Of a DNA stretch of 64,000 nt, positions 1 through 9,436 are shown piece by piece; the stretch's first letter is position 1; every line of letters starts with the position of its first letter. The stretch spans positions 800,531 to 864,530 of the forward strand of contig CBDATD010000001.1 in NCBI GenBank assembly GCA_965199935.1, in the 5' to 3' direction. The translations under genes and the position numbers were made by a program. The stretch comes from Bdellovibrionales bacterium. Its GTDB lineage: Bacteria; Bdellovibrionota; Bdellovibrionia; Bdellovibrionales; UBA1609. The notes below the pieces were generated by a model. The model was not told where the DNA came from and ran no database searches. It saw nothing but the letters and a program-made list of their open reading frames with translations.

Positions 1-2
1 GA

Positions 3-626
3 GTCTATAAAGCTATTCGCGACGGGAGCCGTTGGGAGGGGCTGACCAGCATGGTTTTGATCTTTATGTATGCTGTTCCCCCTTTAGTGTTGGGCATTCT
101 TTTAAAGACGTATTTTTCCGGAAGTGTTTTTGTGGATTGGTTTCCTGTAGGGGATGCTTACTCTGATGAGTACTTTGAGAAAAATTTTTGGGGGCGGTTC
201 ATAGACCGCGTCCATCATTTTGTTTTGCCTTTGACTTGCTACACTTTAGGCGGTTTTACAGTGCTGACTTTTTTAACAAAAAATTCCATGATGGAGTGTA
301 TTAAATCTGACTATGTTCGCACGGCCAAAGCTAAAGGTTTGAGCAATAAAGGCGTATTGTTGAAACACGCTTTGAAAAACGCTTTGATTCCCATTGTGAC
401 AGGTTTGGGAAATTTTTTACAGCTGTTTCTTGGAGGCTCTTTAATTGTTGAAAAAATTTTTAATTTAGACGGCATTGGCCTTTTAGGATATGAGTCAGCT
501 GTTCAAAGAGATATTCATGTGCTGTTAGCTTTAATTTTAATACAATCTGTTCTCAGCGTTCTGGGCCGTTTGGCATCGGATATGTCTTTACCTCTTGTAG
601 ATCCTCGGATTACTTTTTCAAAATAA
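3..626 (+). CDS. Peptide ABC transporter permease (YejB/OppB-like), 5' end outside window
   Basis: EAA-type loop DYVRTAKAKGL, IVEKIFNLDGIG; frame open back to window start. Confidence 0.85.
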   Translation, partial: VYKAIRDGSRWEGLTSMVLIFMYAVPPLVLGILLKTYFSGSVFVDWFPVGDAYSDEYFEKNFWGRFIDRVHHFVLPLTCYTLGGFTVLTFLTKNSMMECIKSDYVRTAKAKGLSNKGVLLKHALKNALIPIVTGLGNFLQLFLGGSLIVEKIFNLDGIGLLGYESAVQRDIHVLLALILIQSVLSVLGRLASDMSLPLVDPRITFSK

Positions 627-635
627 AAGGTGTGT

Positions 636-1658
636 ATGAAAATTGAAAAAAATCAGCTGTTAAAAAAAAGATGGAGAGTTTTCAAAACCTGCCGGCGGGG
701 TATGTATTCTCTTGTGATTTTAATTGGTTTTTTCTTATTCAGCGCGACTGCTGAATTTTGGGCCAATGATAAACCTATTATTTTAGTCTATAAAGATCGA
801 GTTTATTTTCCTGCTGTAAAGTATTATCCGCCTTCGGATTTTAATTTAGATCAATCAGCCGTGACTGTTGATTATAAAAAACTGAAACTTGCAGAAAAAG
901 ATTTTGTTTTAAACCCTGTGATTCCATGGAACCCTTACGAGTCCAACACTCAGGTTAGTGAGTATCCATCCCCCCCTACCTGGACCAACTGGATGGGAAC
1001 GGACAACCGCGGTAGAGATGTTTTCAGCAGGATACTTTACGGGTTTCGTTATAGTATGGGGTTTGCGGTGCTGGTGTGGCTGGGTTCTTTTTTTATAGGA
1101 GCTGTACTTGGTATGACGATGGGGTTTAAGGCCGGATGGGCAGACCTTTTTGGACAAAGATGTGTGGAGGTTTTTCAATCTTTGCCTCACCATCTCATTT
1201 TGATTACTGCCGCGGCTATTTTAGGATCAGATCTTTGGGTTTTGGTTCTGTATAGTGTTGTGTTTGGCTGGATGAATATTTCTCTTTACATGAGGTCTGA
1301 GTATTTAAAAATTAGAAATATGGACTACATAGAATCTGCAAAATCTTATGGATTGCGTAATTTTCAAATCATCTTCAAACATATTTTTCCCAACGCTTTA
1401 ACTCCTTTAGTGACTTTTTCTCCGTTTAAAATAGCAAATGGAATTTCTTTGTTAGTGATTTTAGATTACCTGGGTTTTGGTTTAGCTCCTCCTACTCCCA
1501 GCTGGGGAGAGCTTTTGAACCAGGCAGAATCTTATTTTACAACGTCTTGGTGGCTGGCTTTTTTTCCCTCCTTGTTTTTATTTTTAAGTTTGGTGAGTTT
1601 GAATTTTGTTGGTGAAGGGGTTCGCAGGGCCTTTGACCCAAAAGCCGTTGTGGAATAG
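636..1658 (+). CDS. Peptide ABC transporter permease (YejE/OppC-like)
   Basis: WMGTDNRGRDVFSRILYGFR, LDYLGFG.PPTPSWGELL; follows the B-type permease. Confidence 0.85.
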   Translation: MKIEKNQLLKKRWRVFKTCRRGMYSLVILIGFFLFSATAEFWANDKPIILVYKDRVYFPAVKYYPPSDFNLDQSAVTVDYKKLKLAEKDFVLNPVIPWNPYESNTQVSEYPSPPTWTNWMGTDNRGRDVFSRILYGFRYSMGFAVLVWLGSFFIGAVLGMTMGFKAGWADLFGQRCVEVFQSLPHHLILITAAAILGSDLWVLVLYSVVFGWMNISLYMRSEYLKIRNMDYIESAKSYGLRNFQIIFKHIFPNALTPLVTFSPFKIANGISLLVILDYLGFGLAPPTPSWGELLNQAESYFTTSWWLAFFPSLFLFLSLVSLNFVGEGVRRAFDPKAVVE

Positions 1659-1659
1659 T

Positions 1660-2325
1660 TTAAAAGGTTATCCGTCCCAGCCAAAAAGACTCTGAACTTT
1701 GATCTTGGGAGAGAATTTCAGCCAGCTTCTCTAGGGAAGTTTCCGGGCTGTTTAAAAATTCAGGGGGGATGAAAGTGCGGCTGAGCAAAATAATTTGATC
1801 TTCCGGCTGAAGGCGGATGGATCGAACATGAATCGGTGTATCTGGAAATAAACCTAACAGAAGATGAGGCAGGGGGGCTGTTAAGGAGGATTTGGAATAA
1901 TCAGCCCACGGAGAATTTTGGCCTAAGGATTGTAAAGGAAGATTTTTTCGAGCGAGATATACTTGAGGGTTTCCCACTTGAACAAAGCTAAACTCGGTGG
2001 GAGTCTTTACAGAAAAAAACACTTCAAAGCCTGCTTGGAATTCATTTTGATTAAATTGAGAAAAAACATTGCTGTTTATTTGCATACAAGTCACTCTTAA
2101 ATTATTTTCATTGGTGGATAAAGAGATCATTTTTTGAAAAGGCTGGGTGCTGTCTTTATCCTGTGAGAGCTGATCATAAAGAGTATTGAAAGAGCGAATC
2201 ATATTTTCAGCATTGCTTTGAGAGGTGTTCCAAGGAGTCGCCACGGCTGTTGTGCCGGAAGAACTTATTACTGCAGGGCTGGGCCTTGTGCCTTTATCAG
2301 AAAAAGACCGGCATTCTAATTTCAA
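1660..2325 (-). CDS. Hypothetical protein, possibly degenerate PP2C-like fold
   Basis: QVGNPQVYLAR and IRLQPEDQIILLS resemble PP2C segments; metal-binding Asp motifs not evident. Confidence 0.45.
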   Translation of the reverse strand: MKLECRSFSDKGTRPSPAVISSSGTTAVATPWNTSQSNAENMIRSFNTLYDQLSQDKDSTQPFQKMISLSTNENNLRVTCMQINSNVFSQFNQNEFQAGFEVFFSVKTPTEFSFVQVGNPQVYLARKNLPLQSLGQNSPWADYSKSSLTAPLPHLLLGLFPDTPIHVRSIRLQPEDQIILLSRTFIPPEFLNSPETSLEKLAEILSQDQSSESFWLGRITF

Positions 2326-2334
2326 TATTCCCCC

Positions 2335-3543
2335 TTAATTTTCGATGAGGATGAGAGAGGGATTGGAAACCCGCTCTGTAAACTGCATGATAAATCTAGC
2401 GGCGGCGGCCCCGTCAATCAACCGATGATCGCAAGTGACAGAAAAATTCATTGTTTTTTCCGGATAAAAGGCATTGTTTTTCCATACAGGTTTGTCATAC
2501 ATACGGTACATGCCTAAGATGCACACCTCTGGAGGATTGATAATAGGAGAGGCCCACTGACCGGCAATACTTCCCATATTGGTAATAGTGACAGTCGCCC
2601 CTTTCATTTCTTCCAATGCGATGCTGGAACTGCGGGCTTTATCTGAAAGTTCTTTGATACTGCGGCTGATTTGTACAACACTTTTTTGATCTACATCATG
2701 CACCACAGGCGCCAACAGCCCTCTAGGGGTGTCTGCCGCAAATCCAAAATGAAAATATTTTTTATAAATAATTTCATCGTCGGTTATACAAGCGTTAAAT
2801 TCTGGAAACTCTAAAAGACAGTTGTATAAAATTTTCATAATAAAAGCCAAATAAGTAATCTTTACATCCGGGTAAATCTCTTTTGCTTTTTCTCTCAGTT
2901 GTATCAATTCTTCTACAGAAGCGGACTCCATAACAGTGAAGTGAGGGATGGTTTGCTTGGACAAGGTCATTGTTTCAGCAATTTTTTTACGCACCCCTTT
3001 TAGGGGTTTTCTTTCTTCCAAGCCGGACAGCCAGTCGGCGCGCTGTTTTAGCTCTTGAGGGCGGGCTTGATTTTCTTTTGGAAGGGGAAGATCATCCAAT
3101 GTGATTCTTCCAGAAAGGCCGGTGCCTTTAATTTGAGTGAGATCAATAGAATATTTTTGAGCTGTTCTCCGAACCAGGGGTGTGGCTAAAATATCATTGG
3201 ATTGGATATTTGCGTTCACATCCGCTTTATTCTGAGTTGTTTGTGTAGATGCCTTTTGAGGCGCAGAAGGAGTTGACCTTGATGTGTCTTCTTGTTTTGA
3301 TTTTTTTTTACCTTCCAAAGTCAGAAGAATTTCGCCTACTGGACATATCTCACCCTCCTTAAATTTTAATTCTTTTACTTGGCCTGAAATGGTGCTGGGA
3401 ACTTCCACAGAGGCTTTATCTGTAGTGATTTCTGCGATAATATCGTCTTCTTTAACAAAATCTCCCTCTTTAACACACCATTTTTGGAGTTCTCCTTCAA
3501 GCACTCCTTCACCAAGCTCCGGCATCATCACATTTAATTTCAT
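2335..3543 (-). CDS. 2-oxo-acid dehydrogenase E2 dihydrolipoamide acyltransferase
   Basis: Lipoyl domain TDKASVE, E3-binding GTGLSGRIT, catalytic DHRLIDGA. Confidence 0.93.
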   Translation of the reverse strand: MKLNVMMPELGEGVLEGELQKWCVKEGDFVKEDDIIAEITTDKASVEVPSTISGQVKELKFKEGEICPVGEILLTLEGKKKSKQEDTSRSTPSAPQKASTQTTQNKADVNANIQSNDILATPLVRRTAQKYSIDLTQIKGTGLSGRITLDDLPLPKENQARPQELKQRADWLSGLEERKPLKGVRKKIAETMTLSKQTIPHFTVMESASVEELIQLREKAKEIYPDVKITYLAFIMKILYNCLLEFPEFNACITDDEIIYKKYFHFGFAADTPRGLLAPVVHDVDQKSVVQISRSIKELSDKARSSSIALEEMKGATVTITNMGSIAGQWASPIINPPEVCILGMYRMYDKPVWKNNAFYPEKTMNFSVTCDHRLIDGAAAARFIMQFTERVSNPSLILIEN

Positions 3544-4445
3544 TGAACGGCCTTTAAGAGATCTGGTTTTCGGCCTCCTTTTTCCAACACCCCCTTTATA
3601 AAGTATTCACCGGCTCGATAAGAGCTTCTCACCAAAGGGCCGCCGGCTGAATATAAAAAACCCATAGACAGTGCAGCATCCCTCCAAAAGTCAAACTCTT
3701 TAGGAGTTAAATATTTTTGGACAGGCAGGTGCCTCCTGGAAGGGCGAAGATACTGGCCAAAGGTGACAACATCACAAGCAATTTGTCTTAAATCTTTTAA
3801 AGTATTTTTAATTTCTTCTCCTGTTTCTCCCAAGCCCAGCATAAGGGATGATTTTGTAAAAATATGTGTTGTTTCCTTCTTCACTTGTTTTAGAACTTGC
3901 AGGGATTGTCTATAGCCGGCTCTTGGGTCGCGTACTTGAGGAGTCAGTCTTTCCACAGTTTCTATATTATGTGAGAAAACATGAGGGTCTGAATCAATAA
4001 TTTCTGAAACACAAGACTTTTTTCCTCTGAAATCAGGGGTTAAAACTTCAATCAACAAAGAAGGGGAGGACTTTCTTAAAAGACGGACTGTTTTGGCAAA
4101 GTGGCCGGAACCGTCGTCTTCCAAGTCGTCCCGGTTGACTGAAGTTAAAACAACATAATCCAGCCCCATAGAAGAGATGGCTGTTGAAACATGCTCCGGC
4201 TCCCTGGGATTTGGCGGCAGTTTAGGCCGGCCCGTTTTTACATTGCAAAAGCGGCATCCTCTTGTGCAGGTATCCCCCATTAGCATGATGGTTGCAGTGC
4301 CGCCGCCCCAGCATTCAGCAATATTGGGGCAGTTGGCCTCTTCACAGACAGTGGCCAATTTTAACTTGGAGGTGAGGTTTTTAATCCGGACATACTCGGC
4401 TCCGCTGGGGAGCCGAACTTTAAGCCACTCCGGCTTCATGGTCAT
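3540..4445 (-). CDS. lipA: Lipoyl synthase
   Basis: CEEANCPNIAECW, CTRGCRFC, RSSYRA motifs. Confidence 0.96.
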   Translation of the reverse strand: MTMKPEWLKVRLPSGAEYVRIKNLTSKLKLATVCEEANCPNIAECWGGGTATIMLMGDTCTRGCRFCNVKTGRPKLPPNPREPEHVSTAISSMGLDYVVLTSVNRDDLEDDGSGHFAKTVRLLRKSSPSLLIEVLTPDFRGKKSCVSEIIDSDPHVFSHNIETVERLTPQVRDPRAGYRQSLQVLKQVKKETTHIFTKSSLMLGLGETGEEIKNTLKDLRQIACDVVTFGQYLRPSRRHLPVQKYLTPKEFDFWRDAALSMGFLYSAGGPLVRSSYRAGEYFIKGVLEKGGRKPDLLKAVQ

Positions 4446-4461
4446 TTCTCAACATCATTCT

Positions 4462-5283
4462 TTACATATCAGATTTTTGCATATCTTCTTTCATATCTGG
4501 TTTTTTCATATCTTTCATATCAGCCAGATGGCGGTCAATAATCTTTTTAAACTCTGAAAAAGGTTGAGCTCCAGAGAGAGAAACTCCTCCAACCAAAAAC
4601 CCTGGAGTTCCATTGATGCCAAATTTTTTAGCCTCTGCTTGATCCGCATCGACGATAGATTTGACAGAATCTAAGTGTTGTTGCACCTTTTTCAGATCAA
4701 GTCCTATCTCTTTAACTATTGCTGTAAGAAGTTTTTCCTTTTTCTGCCCCAGCTCGCTTTGTTTTTCAAAAACTTTGTCGTGGAAAGACTTGGCTTTAGA
4801 AGGATCAACCTTTGCCACCGCCTCATAGTACTGAGCGGCGATTCCTGCTTCAGGGTGAAAGGGCAAAGGCAGATGTTTGTAAAGAATTCGAACCTTTCCT
4901 TCATATTCTTTAAGGACTTGCTCTACGGCTCCCTCACCGGCCCGCTTGCAAAAGCCGCATTGAAAATCAGAATACTCCACGATAGTAATAGGAGCTTTCA
5001 TATCTCCGAAATAGACGCGGTCCTCACCCAGTTTCGGTTTTTTTGGGTTTGTAAATTCGTCTTCACGGGCCTTGGCTTTCTGCTCCTCAGCGGATTTCAT
5101 CTGCTCCTGTCTGTACTTTACGCTGGCTTTGTTTAAGGCATCCAGGATAACTTTCGGGTTTTCCTCAATGACCTCAGCCAGAATATCCGGATTGTCTTTC
5201 AATACTTTTTTAATATATTCCTTTGAACAAGAAACATTGAATAACAGCACAAGCAATAAGGGTGAAAACCTGATAAACTTCAT
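4462..5283 (-). CDS. DsbA/Com1-like thioredoxin-fold lipoprotein
   Basis: EYSDFQCGFC, GINGTPGF; lipobox-like LFNVSC after MKFIRF start at 5283 with upstream GGAG. Confidence 0.88.
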   Translation of the reverse strand: MKFIRFSPLLLVLLFNVSCSKEYIKKVLKDNPDILAEVIEENPKVILDALNKASVKYRQEQMKSAEEQKAKAREDEFTNPKKPKLGEDRVYFGDMKAPITIVEYSDFQCGFCKRAGEGAVEQVLKEYEGKVRILYKHLPLPFHPEAGIAAQYYEAVAKVDPSKAKSFHDKVFEKQSELGQKKEKLLTAIVKEIGLDLKKVQQHLDSVKSIVDADQAEAKKFGINGTPGFLVGGVSLSGAQPFSEFKKIIDRHLADMKDMKKPDMKEDMQKSDM

Positions 5284-5432
5284 CAAAACTCTCCTTTTTA
5301 AGTTATTAAACAAAGCAGTATTATCACACCAATGGAATAGATTTTCAAACAAAAAACAACTCTGTGTATGAAATTCATGGAGATTGTTTTTCTTTGGGAT
5401 ATAATGGAATTTGCAAAGTGGAAGAGGAAAAT

Positions 5433-6071
5433 ATGGCACTATGTAGCATAATAAAACACTTGCCCGTTTGGGGGCTGACTTTGCTGTTTTTGCATTGTAC
5501 GCACACATCAGATCGAGAATATTTGCCTGCTCAACTGCCTTATTTTTTCAATGAACTGCACGTTAAGGGCTATGAAGGGATGATGAAATTGATTGAGCCT
5601 TGGTTGAAAAAAGCCAGTGATATTAGGAAAGAAGAATTTTCTATAGGCAGTTCTTTGGAGATGGATCCAACTATTCGGCAGGCCTATATTATTGCGTTGT
5701 CTCGATCACACCATGACTCCGTAGTGGTGAAGCTGATTAAAAATATTCGCTCCAGAACTTCTGTGAAAACTGATTTTTTTTCTGTCATAACAACTATTGC
5801 CAAGCAGTCCTCTGCGGGCTTTAAAAATAAAGACCGCTCCCCCTTGGAAAGAGCAACATATCTCTATGTTTTAGAAAATATTATCACGGCAGTCAGCGCC
5901 TATACGACAAGCGATAAGAGGGCGGTTGACATCTTAAGAATCATTGCCTCAGCAGATATTGAAATTCCTGATCTTGTTCATAATGAGAGGTATATCCACG
6001 CTTTGGAGCCTCAAAGCCTGTCCCCTTCTCAGACGGCGGAAAATATTTTAGAAAAGACTGTTTCCGAATGA
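5433..6071 (+). CDS. Hypothetical (lipo)protein
   Basis: ORF with GAGG upstream of ATG 5433; hydrophobic stretch ending LLFLHC. Confidence 0.6.
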   Translation: MALCSIIKHLPVWGLTLLFLHCTHTSDREYLPAQLPYFFNELHVKGYEGMMKLIEPWLKKASDIRKEEFSIGSSLEMDPTIRQAYIIALSRSHHDSVVVKLIKNIRSRTSVKTDFFSVITTIAKQSSAGFKNKDRSPLERATYLYVLENIITAVSAYTTSDKRAVDILRIIASADIEIPDLVHNERYIHALEPQSLSPSQTAENILEKTVSE

Positions 6072-6146
6072 ACAAAAGGACTTGACTCTGAAGTCCTCTG
6101 CTGGATTGAATAAGTTTTTGTAAACCTTAGCGCGTTTTGAGAATTT

Positions 6147-7121
6147 ATGAACCACATTGCAATAGTAGGCGCCACGGGTCTAGTGGGGTCGAGTTTTCTG
6201 CGTCTTATGGAGGAAAAACACATCACTCCAAAAACGCTTTCTCTCTTTGCCGGCGAAAAAAGCAAAGGGCGGAGTTTGACGTTTTGCGGCCGGGATTACA
6301 CTGTTCAGACTCTCAAAAAAGGTTGTTTTCAAGAAGTAGATTTGGCGTTTTTCTCTGCGGGGGGCCTGGTCAGTGGGGAGTGGGCTCCTCAGGCTGTTCG
6401 GGAGGGGGCTAAAATTATTGACAACTCGTCTGCATTTCGTATGCGTCCGGAAGTCCCCTTGGTGGTTCCGGAGATCAACGCCCATCATCTTAGAGGTCAA
6501 TCGCTTATTTCCAACCCAAACTGCTCAACCATTCAAATGTGTTTGGTGTTAAACCCTCTGCATTCAGCTTTTGAGCTGGAGTCTGTTCAGGCCGCTACAT
6601 ATCAATCCATGAGCGGCGCCGGTTCCAGAGCTTTGGAAAAATTAAAATCGCAGTCTCTCTCTCATCTTCAAGGCAAAGCTTCACCATCTGCATTTAACTG
6701 CACCCCGCAAATAGGAGATATTGGAGAAGACGGCTTCTCTGCAGAAGAAGTTAAAATGCATTTAGAAACAAAAAAAATTCTGGATCATCCTGATTTGGAC
6801 ATCACGACAGCGGCTGTGCGTGTACCCGTTTTCTTCAGTCATGGGGAAGCCCTATGGGTGCAATTAAAAAAAACTCCTAAAAATCGAAATGACTTCTTGG
6901 AAGTGTTAAAAAAACAAAAAGGCCTCAGAGTCATGGAGGGTGTTGATGAATACCCTGATAATGCCTGCACAACAGGCAGGGACGATGTTTTTGTTGGACG
7001 CATTCGCCAGGCTCCCAATAATCCGCACCGGTGGCTGTTATGGGTGAGTGCGGACAATATCCGAAAAGGGGCCGCTCTTAACGGTTTGCAGATTGCCCAA
7101 CTTTTAATGGACAAATCTTAA
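6147..7121 (+). CDS. asd: Aspartate-semialdehyde dehydrogenase
   Basis: GATGLVG, DNSSAFRM, NPNCST, DNIRKGAALN. Confidence 0.96.
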   Translation: MNHIAIVGATGLVGSSFLRLMEEKHITPKTLSLFAGEKSKGRSLTFCGRDYTVQTLKKGCFQEVDLAFFSAGGLVSGEWAPQAVREGAKIIDNSSAFRMRPEVPLVVPEINAHHLRGQSLISNPNCSTIQMCLVLNPLHSAFELESVQAATYQSMSGAGSRALEKLKSQSLSHLQGKASPSAFNCTPQIGDIGEDGFSAEEVKMHLETKKILDHPDLDITTAAVRVPVFFSHGEALWVQLKKTPKNRNDFLEVLKKQKGLRVMEGVDEYPDNACTTGRDDVFVGRIRQAPNNPHRWLLWVSADNIRKGAALNGLQIAQLLMDKS

Positions 7122-7142
7122 AAAAAAAATTAGAGAAGCACC

Positions 7143-7796
7143 ATGTGTTTTGTTAAAAAGATTATTGTAGTAACAGTGGTGTGGACTGCTTTTCCCTCCG
7201 TATCAAAGGGCTTGTTGTCTTTGCCGCTTTTGTATCCTGTAAAGAACGCTAAGAAATTTGACGAGACAAGCCGGTATATCAGCGGTCTGCGTTATTCGCG
7301 GGTGGTGAGTTCTTATTTTCCAGAACATATTCAGCAAATATTAGGGGATTGGCATATTCAATTTGGAGGAGGGTGGCTGCATACCATCCCTAGAAAAAGT
7401 GCTTCAACTGCGGTTGAAAAAACAAAAAAGAAAACAAAAATCCAGACACTTATCAGCTATTATCCAGCCTTAGTGGAGGCAGGGGTGGTTTGGGAGCTTA
7501 ACTATTTACATTATGTTCGGCCCATTTTGGGTTTTGGTTATGTTTGGCACAACCCTTTGGACCGTCAAGTTCTTCTTCAGCAGTCCTTTTTAGATGAAAA
7601 ATTGTACTTTATTACAGTGGGGGCTTTATTGAGTTTTGATATTTTCGACTCCAATTTTTCAAGACGTATGAACTATGAATATAATATTCAAGACATGGGG
7701 TTGTTTGCGGAGTATCGAAAGTACTCTCCTCTAAAAGAGGAGGCAGGAGGCGGAAGCCGATGGGGATGGAATTTAGGTTTGTATATGGCTTTCTAA
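7143..7796 (+). CDS. Hypothetical protein, possible outer-membrane beta-barrel
   Basis: Signal-like N-terminus, alternating aromatic strands, C-terminal WNLGLYMAF. Confidence 0.5.
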   Translation: MCFVKKIIVVTVVWTAFPSVSKGLLSLPLLYPVKNAKKFDETSRYISGLRYSRVVSSYFPEHIQQILGDWHIQFGGGWLHTIPRKSASTAVEKTKKKTKIQTLISYYPALVEAGVVWELNYLHYVRPILGFGYVWHNPLDRQVLLQQSFLDEKLYFITVGALLSFDIFDSNFSRRMNYEYNIQDMGLFAEYRKYSPLKEEAGGGSRWGWNLGLYMAF

Positions 7797-7797
7797 G

Positions 7798-8568
7798 ATG
7801 CGTTTAAGAATTCTTCTTTCTTATGACGGAACTTCTTTTAAGGGATGGCAGAAACAAAAAACAGGATCAGATACTGTTCAACAATGCTTGGAGCAGGCTG
7901 TATCTACTATTTTTGATCAAAAAATCTCTGTTGTAGGCGCGGGGCGGACAGACGCAGGAGTGCATGCTTTAGCTCAAACAGCTCACTGTGATATTGCCGG
8001 CAGAACCATCCCTTCTTCTGTGACGGCCGGTTTAAATGCCTTAACCCCTCCATCTATTTCCTGCCATCAAATATGGAAGGCTCCTTGTTATTTCCATGCA
8101 CAAAGATCAGCTGAAAGGCGTCTTTACACTTACTTGATTTTGAATACTAAAACTCCGAGTGCTTTGAAAAGAAATTACAGTTATTGGCATCCTCTTCCTG
8201 TTTTTTATGAAAATCTTCAAAAGATGAGTCGATGCTTAATTGGGGAGCATGATTTTAAAAGTTTTCAAAACTCTGGAAATCCTCCTCAAAATACATGCAA
8301 AATCATTGACCGAGCTGAATGGCTTTGGATGCAGCCAGGGGTTTTGGTCTTTCAGATTTTGGGCAACAGCTTCTTAAAACAAATGGTGCGCAATCTGGTC
8401 GGCACTCAGCTGGGTTTGATGAAATTTAAAGACAGCGTTCATAGATTTCAGGATATTCTGAAAGCAAAAGACCGCAAGAAGGCTTTAAAAACGATTTCAG
8501 CACAAGGATTGTTCTTACACCGTGTTTATTATCCTGCATCTCTTGACAAAAAATGCCAAAAAATTTAA
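7798..8568 (+). CDS. truA: tRNA pseudouridine(38-40) synthase
   Basis: YDGTSFKGWQ, GAGRTDAGVHA, FLKQMVRNLVG. Confidence 0.95.
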   Translation: MRLRILLSYDGTSFKGWQKQKTGSDTVQQCLEQAVSTIFDQKISVVGAGRTDAGVHALAQTAHCDIAGRTIPSSVTAGLNALTPPSISCHQIWKAPCYFHAQRSAERRLYTYLILNTKTPSALKRNYSYWHPLPVFYENLQKMSRCLIGEHDFKSFQNSGNPPQNTCKIIDRAEWLWMQPGVLVFQILGNSFLKQMVRNLVGTQLGLMKFKDSVHRFQDILKAKDRKKALKTISAQGLFLHRVYYPASLDKKCQKI

Positions 8569-8579
8569 GTAAGCAGGCT

Positions 8580-8993
8580 ATGTCTGATAAAAAAGATATT
8601 CAGAGTGCAGGTAAACAGGCTTGGCATTTGATAGATGCTAAGGGGCAGGTTTTGGGCCGCTTGGCGGTGCGGGTGGCACAGTTAATTCGCGGCAAACATA
8701 AGGTGGATTGGACCCCCCACTTAGATAAGGGCGACTTTGTGATTTTGATCAATGCAGGTCAAATTCACTTATCGGGCAAAAAAAGGCAAAATAAATCTTA
8801 TTATTCGCATTCACGCTACGTCGGTTCTTTAAAAACGGTTCAAGCAGAGGCTCTGGCTCCTGAGGTATTGATTAGAAAAACAGTGCAGGGTATGCTTCCA
8901 AAAAATAAGCTTAGAGCCAAGATGATGAAAAAATTGAAGATATACACATCCAGTGAGCATCCCCATACAGCTCAAAATCCAAAGGTTCATTAA
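8580..8993 (+). CDS. rplM: 50S ribosomal protein L13
   Basis: WHLIDAKGQVLGRLA, TPHLDKGD, GMLPKNKL, HPHTAQNP. Confidence 0.97.
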   Translation: MSDKKDIQSAGKQAWHLIDAKGQVLGRLAVRVAQLIRGKHKVDWTPHLDKGDFVILINAGQIHLSGKKRQNKSYYSHSRYVGSLKTVQAEALAPEVLIRKTVQGMLPKNKLRAKMMKKLKIYTSSEHPHTAQNPKVH

Positions 8994-9002
8994 AGGGTTG
9001 TG

Positions 9003-9392
9003 ATGGCTAAAGTTTTTTACAGTACGGGCCGTAGAAAAACATCTTCTGCACGTGTGTTTTTAACTGCAGGAAAAGGAAAACTGAGGGTGAACAGCCGTCC
9101 ACTGGAGAAGTATTTTCCATGCCAACAGCAGAGGGCAGCTTTAAAGGCTCCTCTAAAACTCACCGAAACTGAAAAAGAATTAGATGCAGAGATTACTGTA
9201 AAAGGAGGAGGGTTGACAGGCCAATGCGAGTCGATCCGCCACGGGCTGTCTCGGGCTTTAGTTCTTTATTCAGATTCGTATAGGGGTATTTTAAAGAGAA
9301 ATGGTTTTTTGACTCGAGATTCAAGAAGCGTGGAGCGTAAAAAATACGGCCGCCACAAAGCGAGAAAAAGCACGCAATTTTCAAAACGTTGA
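9003..9392 (+). CDS. rpsI: 30S ribosomal protein S9
   Basis: GRRKTSSARV, GGGLTGQ, ERKKYGRHKARKSTQFSKR. Confidence 0.97.
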   Translation: MAKVFYSTGRRKTSSARVFLTAGKGKLRVNSRPLEKYFPCQQQRAALKAPLKLTETEKELDAEITVKGGGLTGQCESIRHGLSRALVLYSDSYRGILKRNGFLTRDSRSVERKKYGRHKARKSTQFSKR

Positions 9393-9436
9393 TTTTTTCA
9401 TGAAGACGTAGTTTTGTTGAACTCAAATCCCTGTGT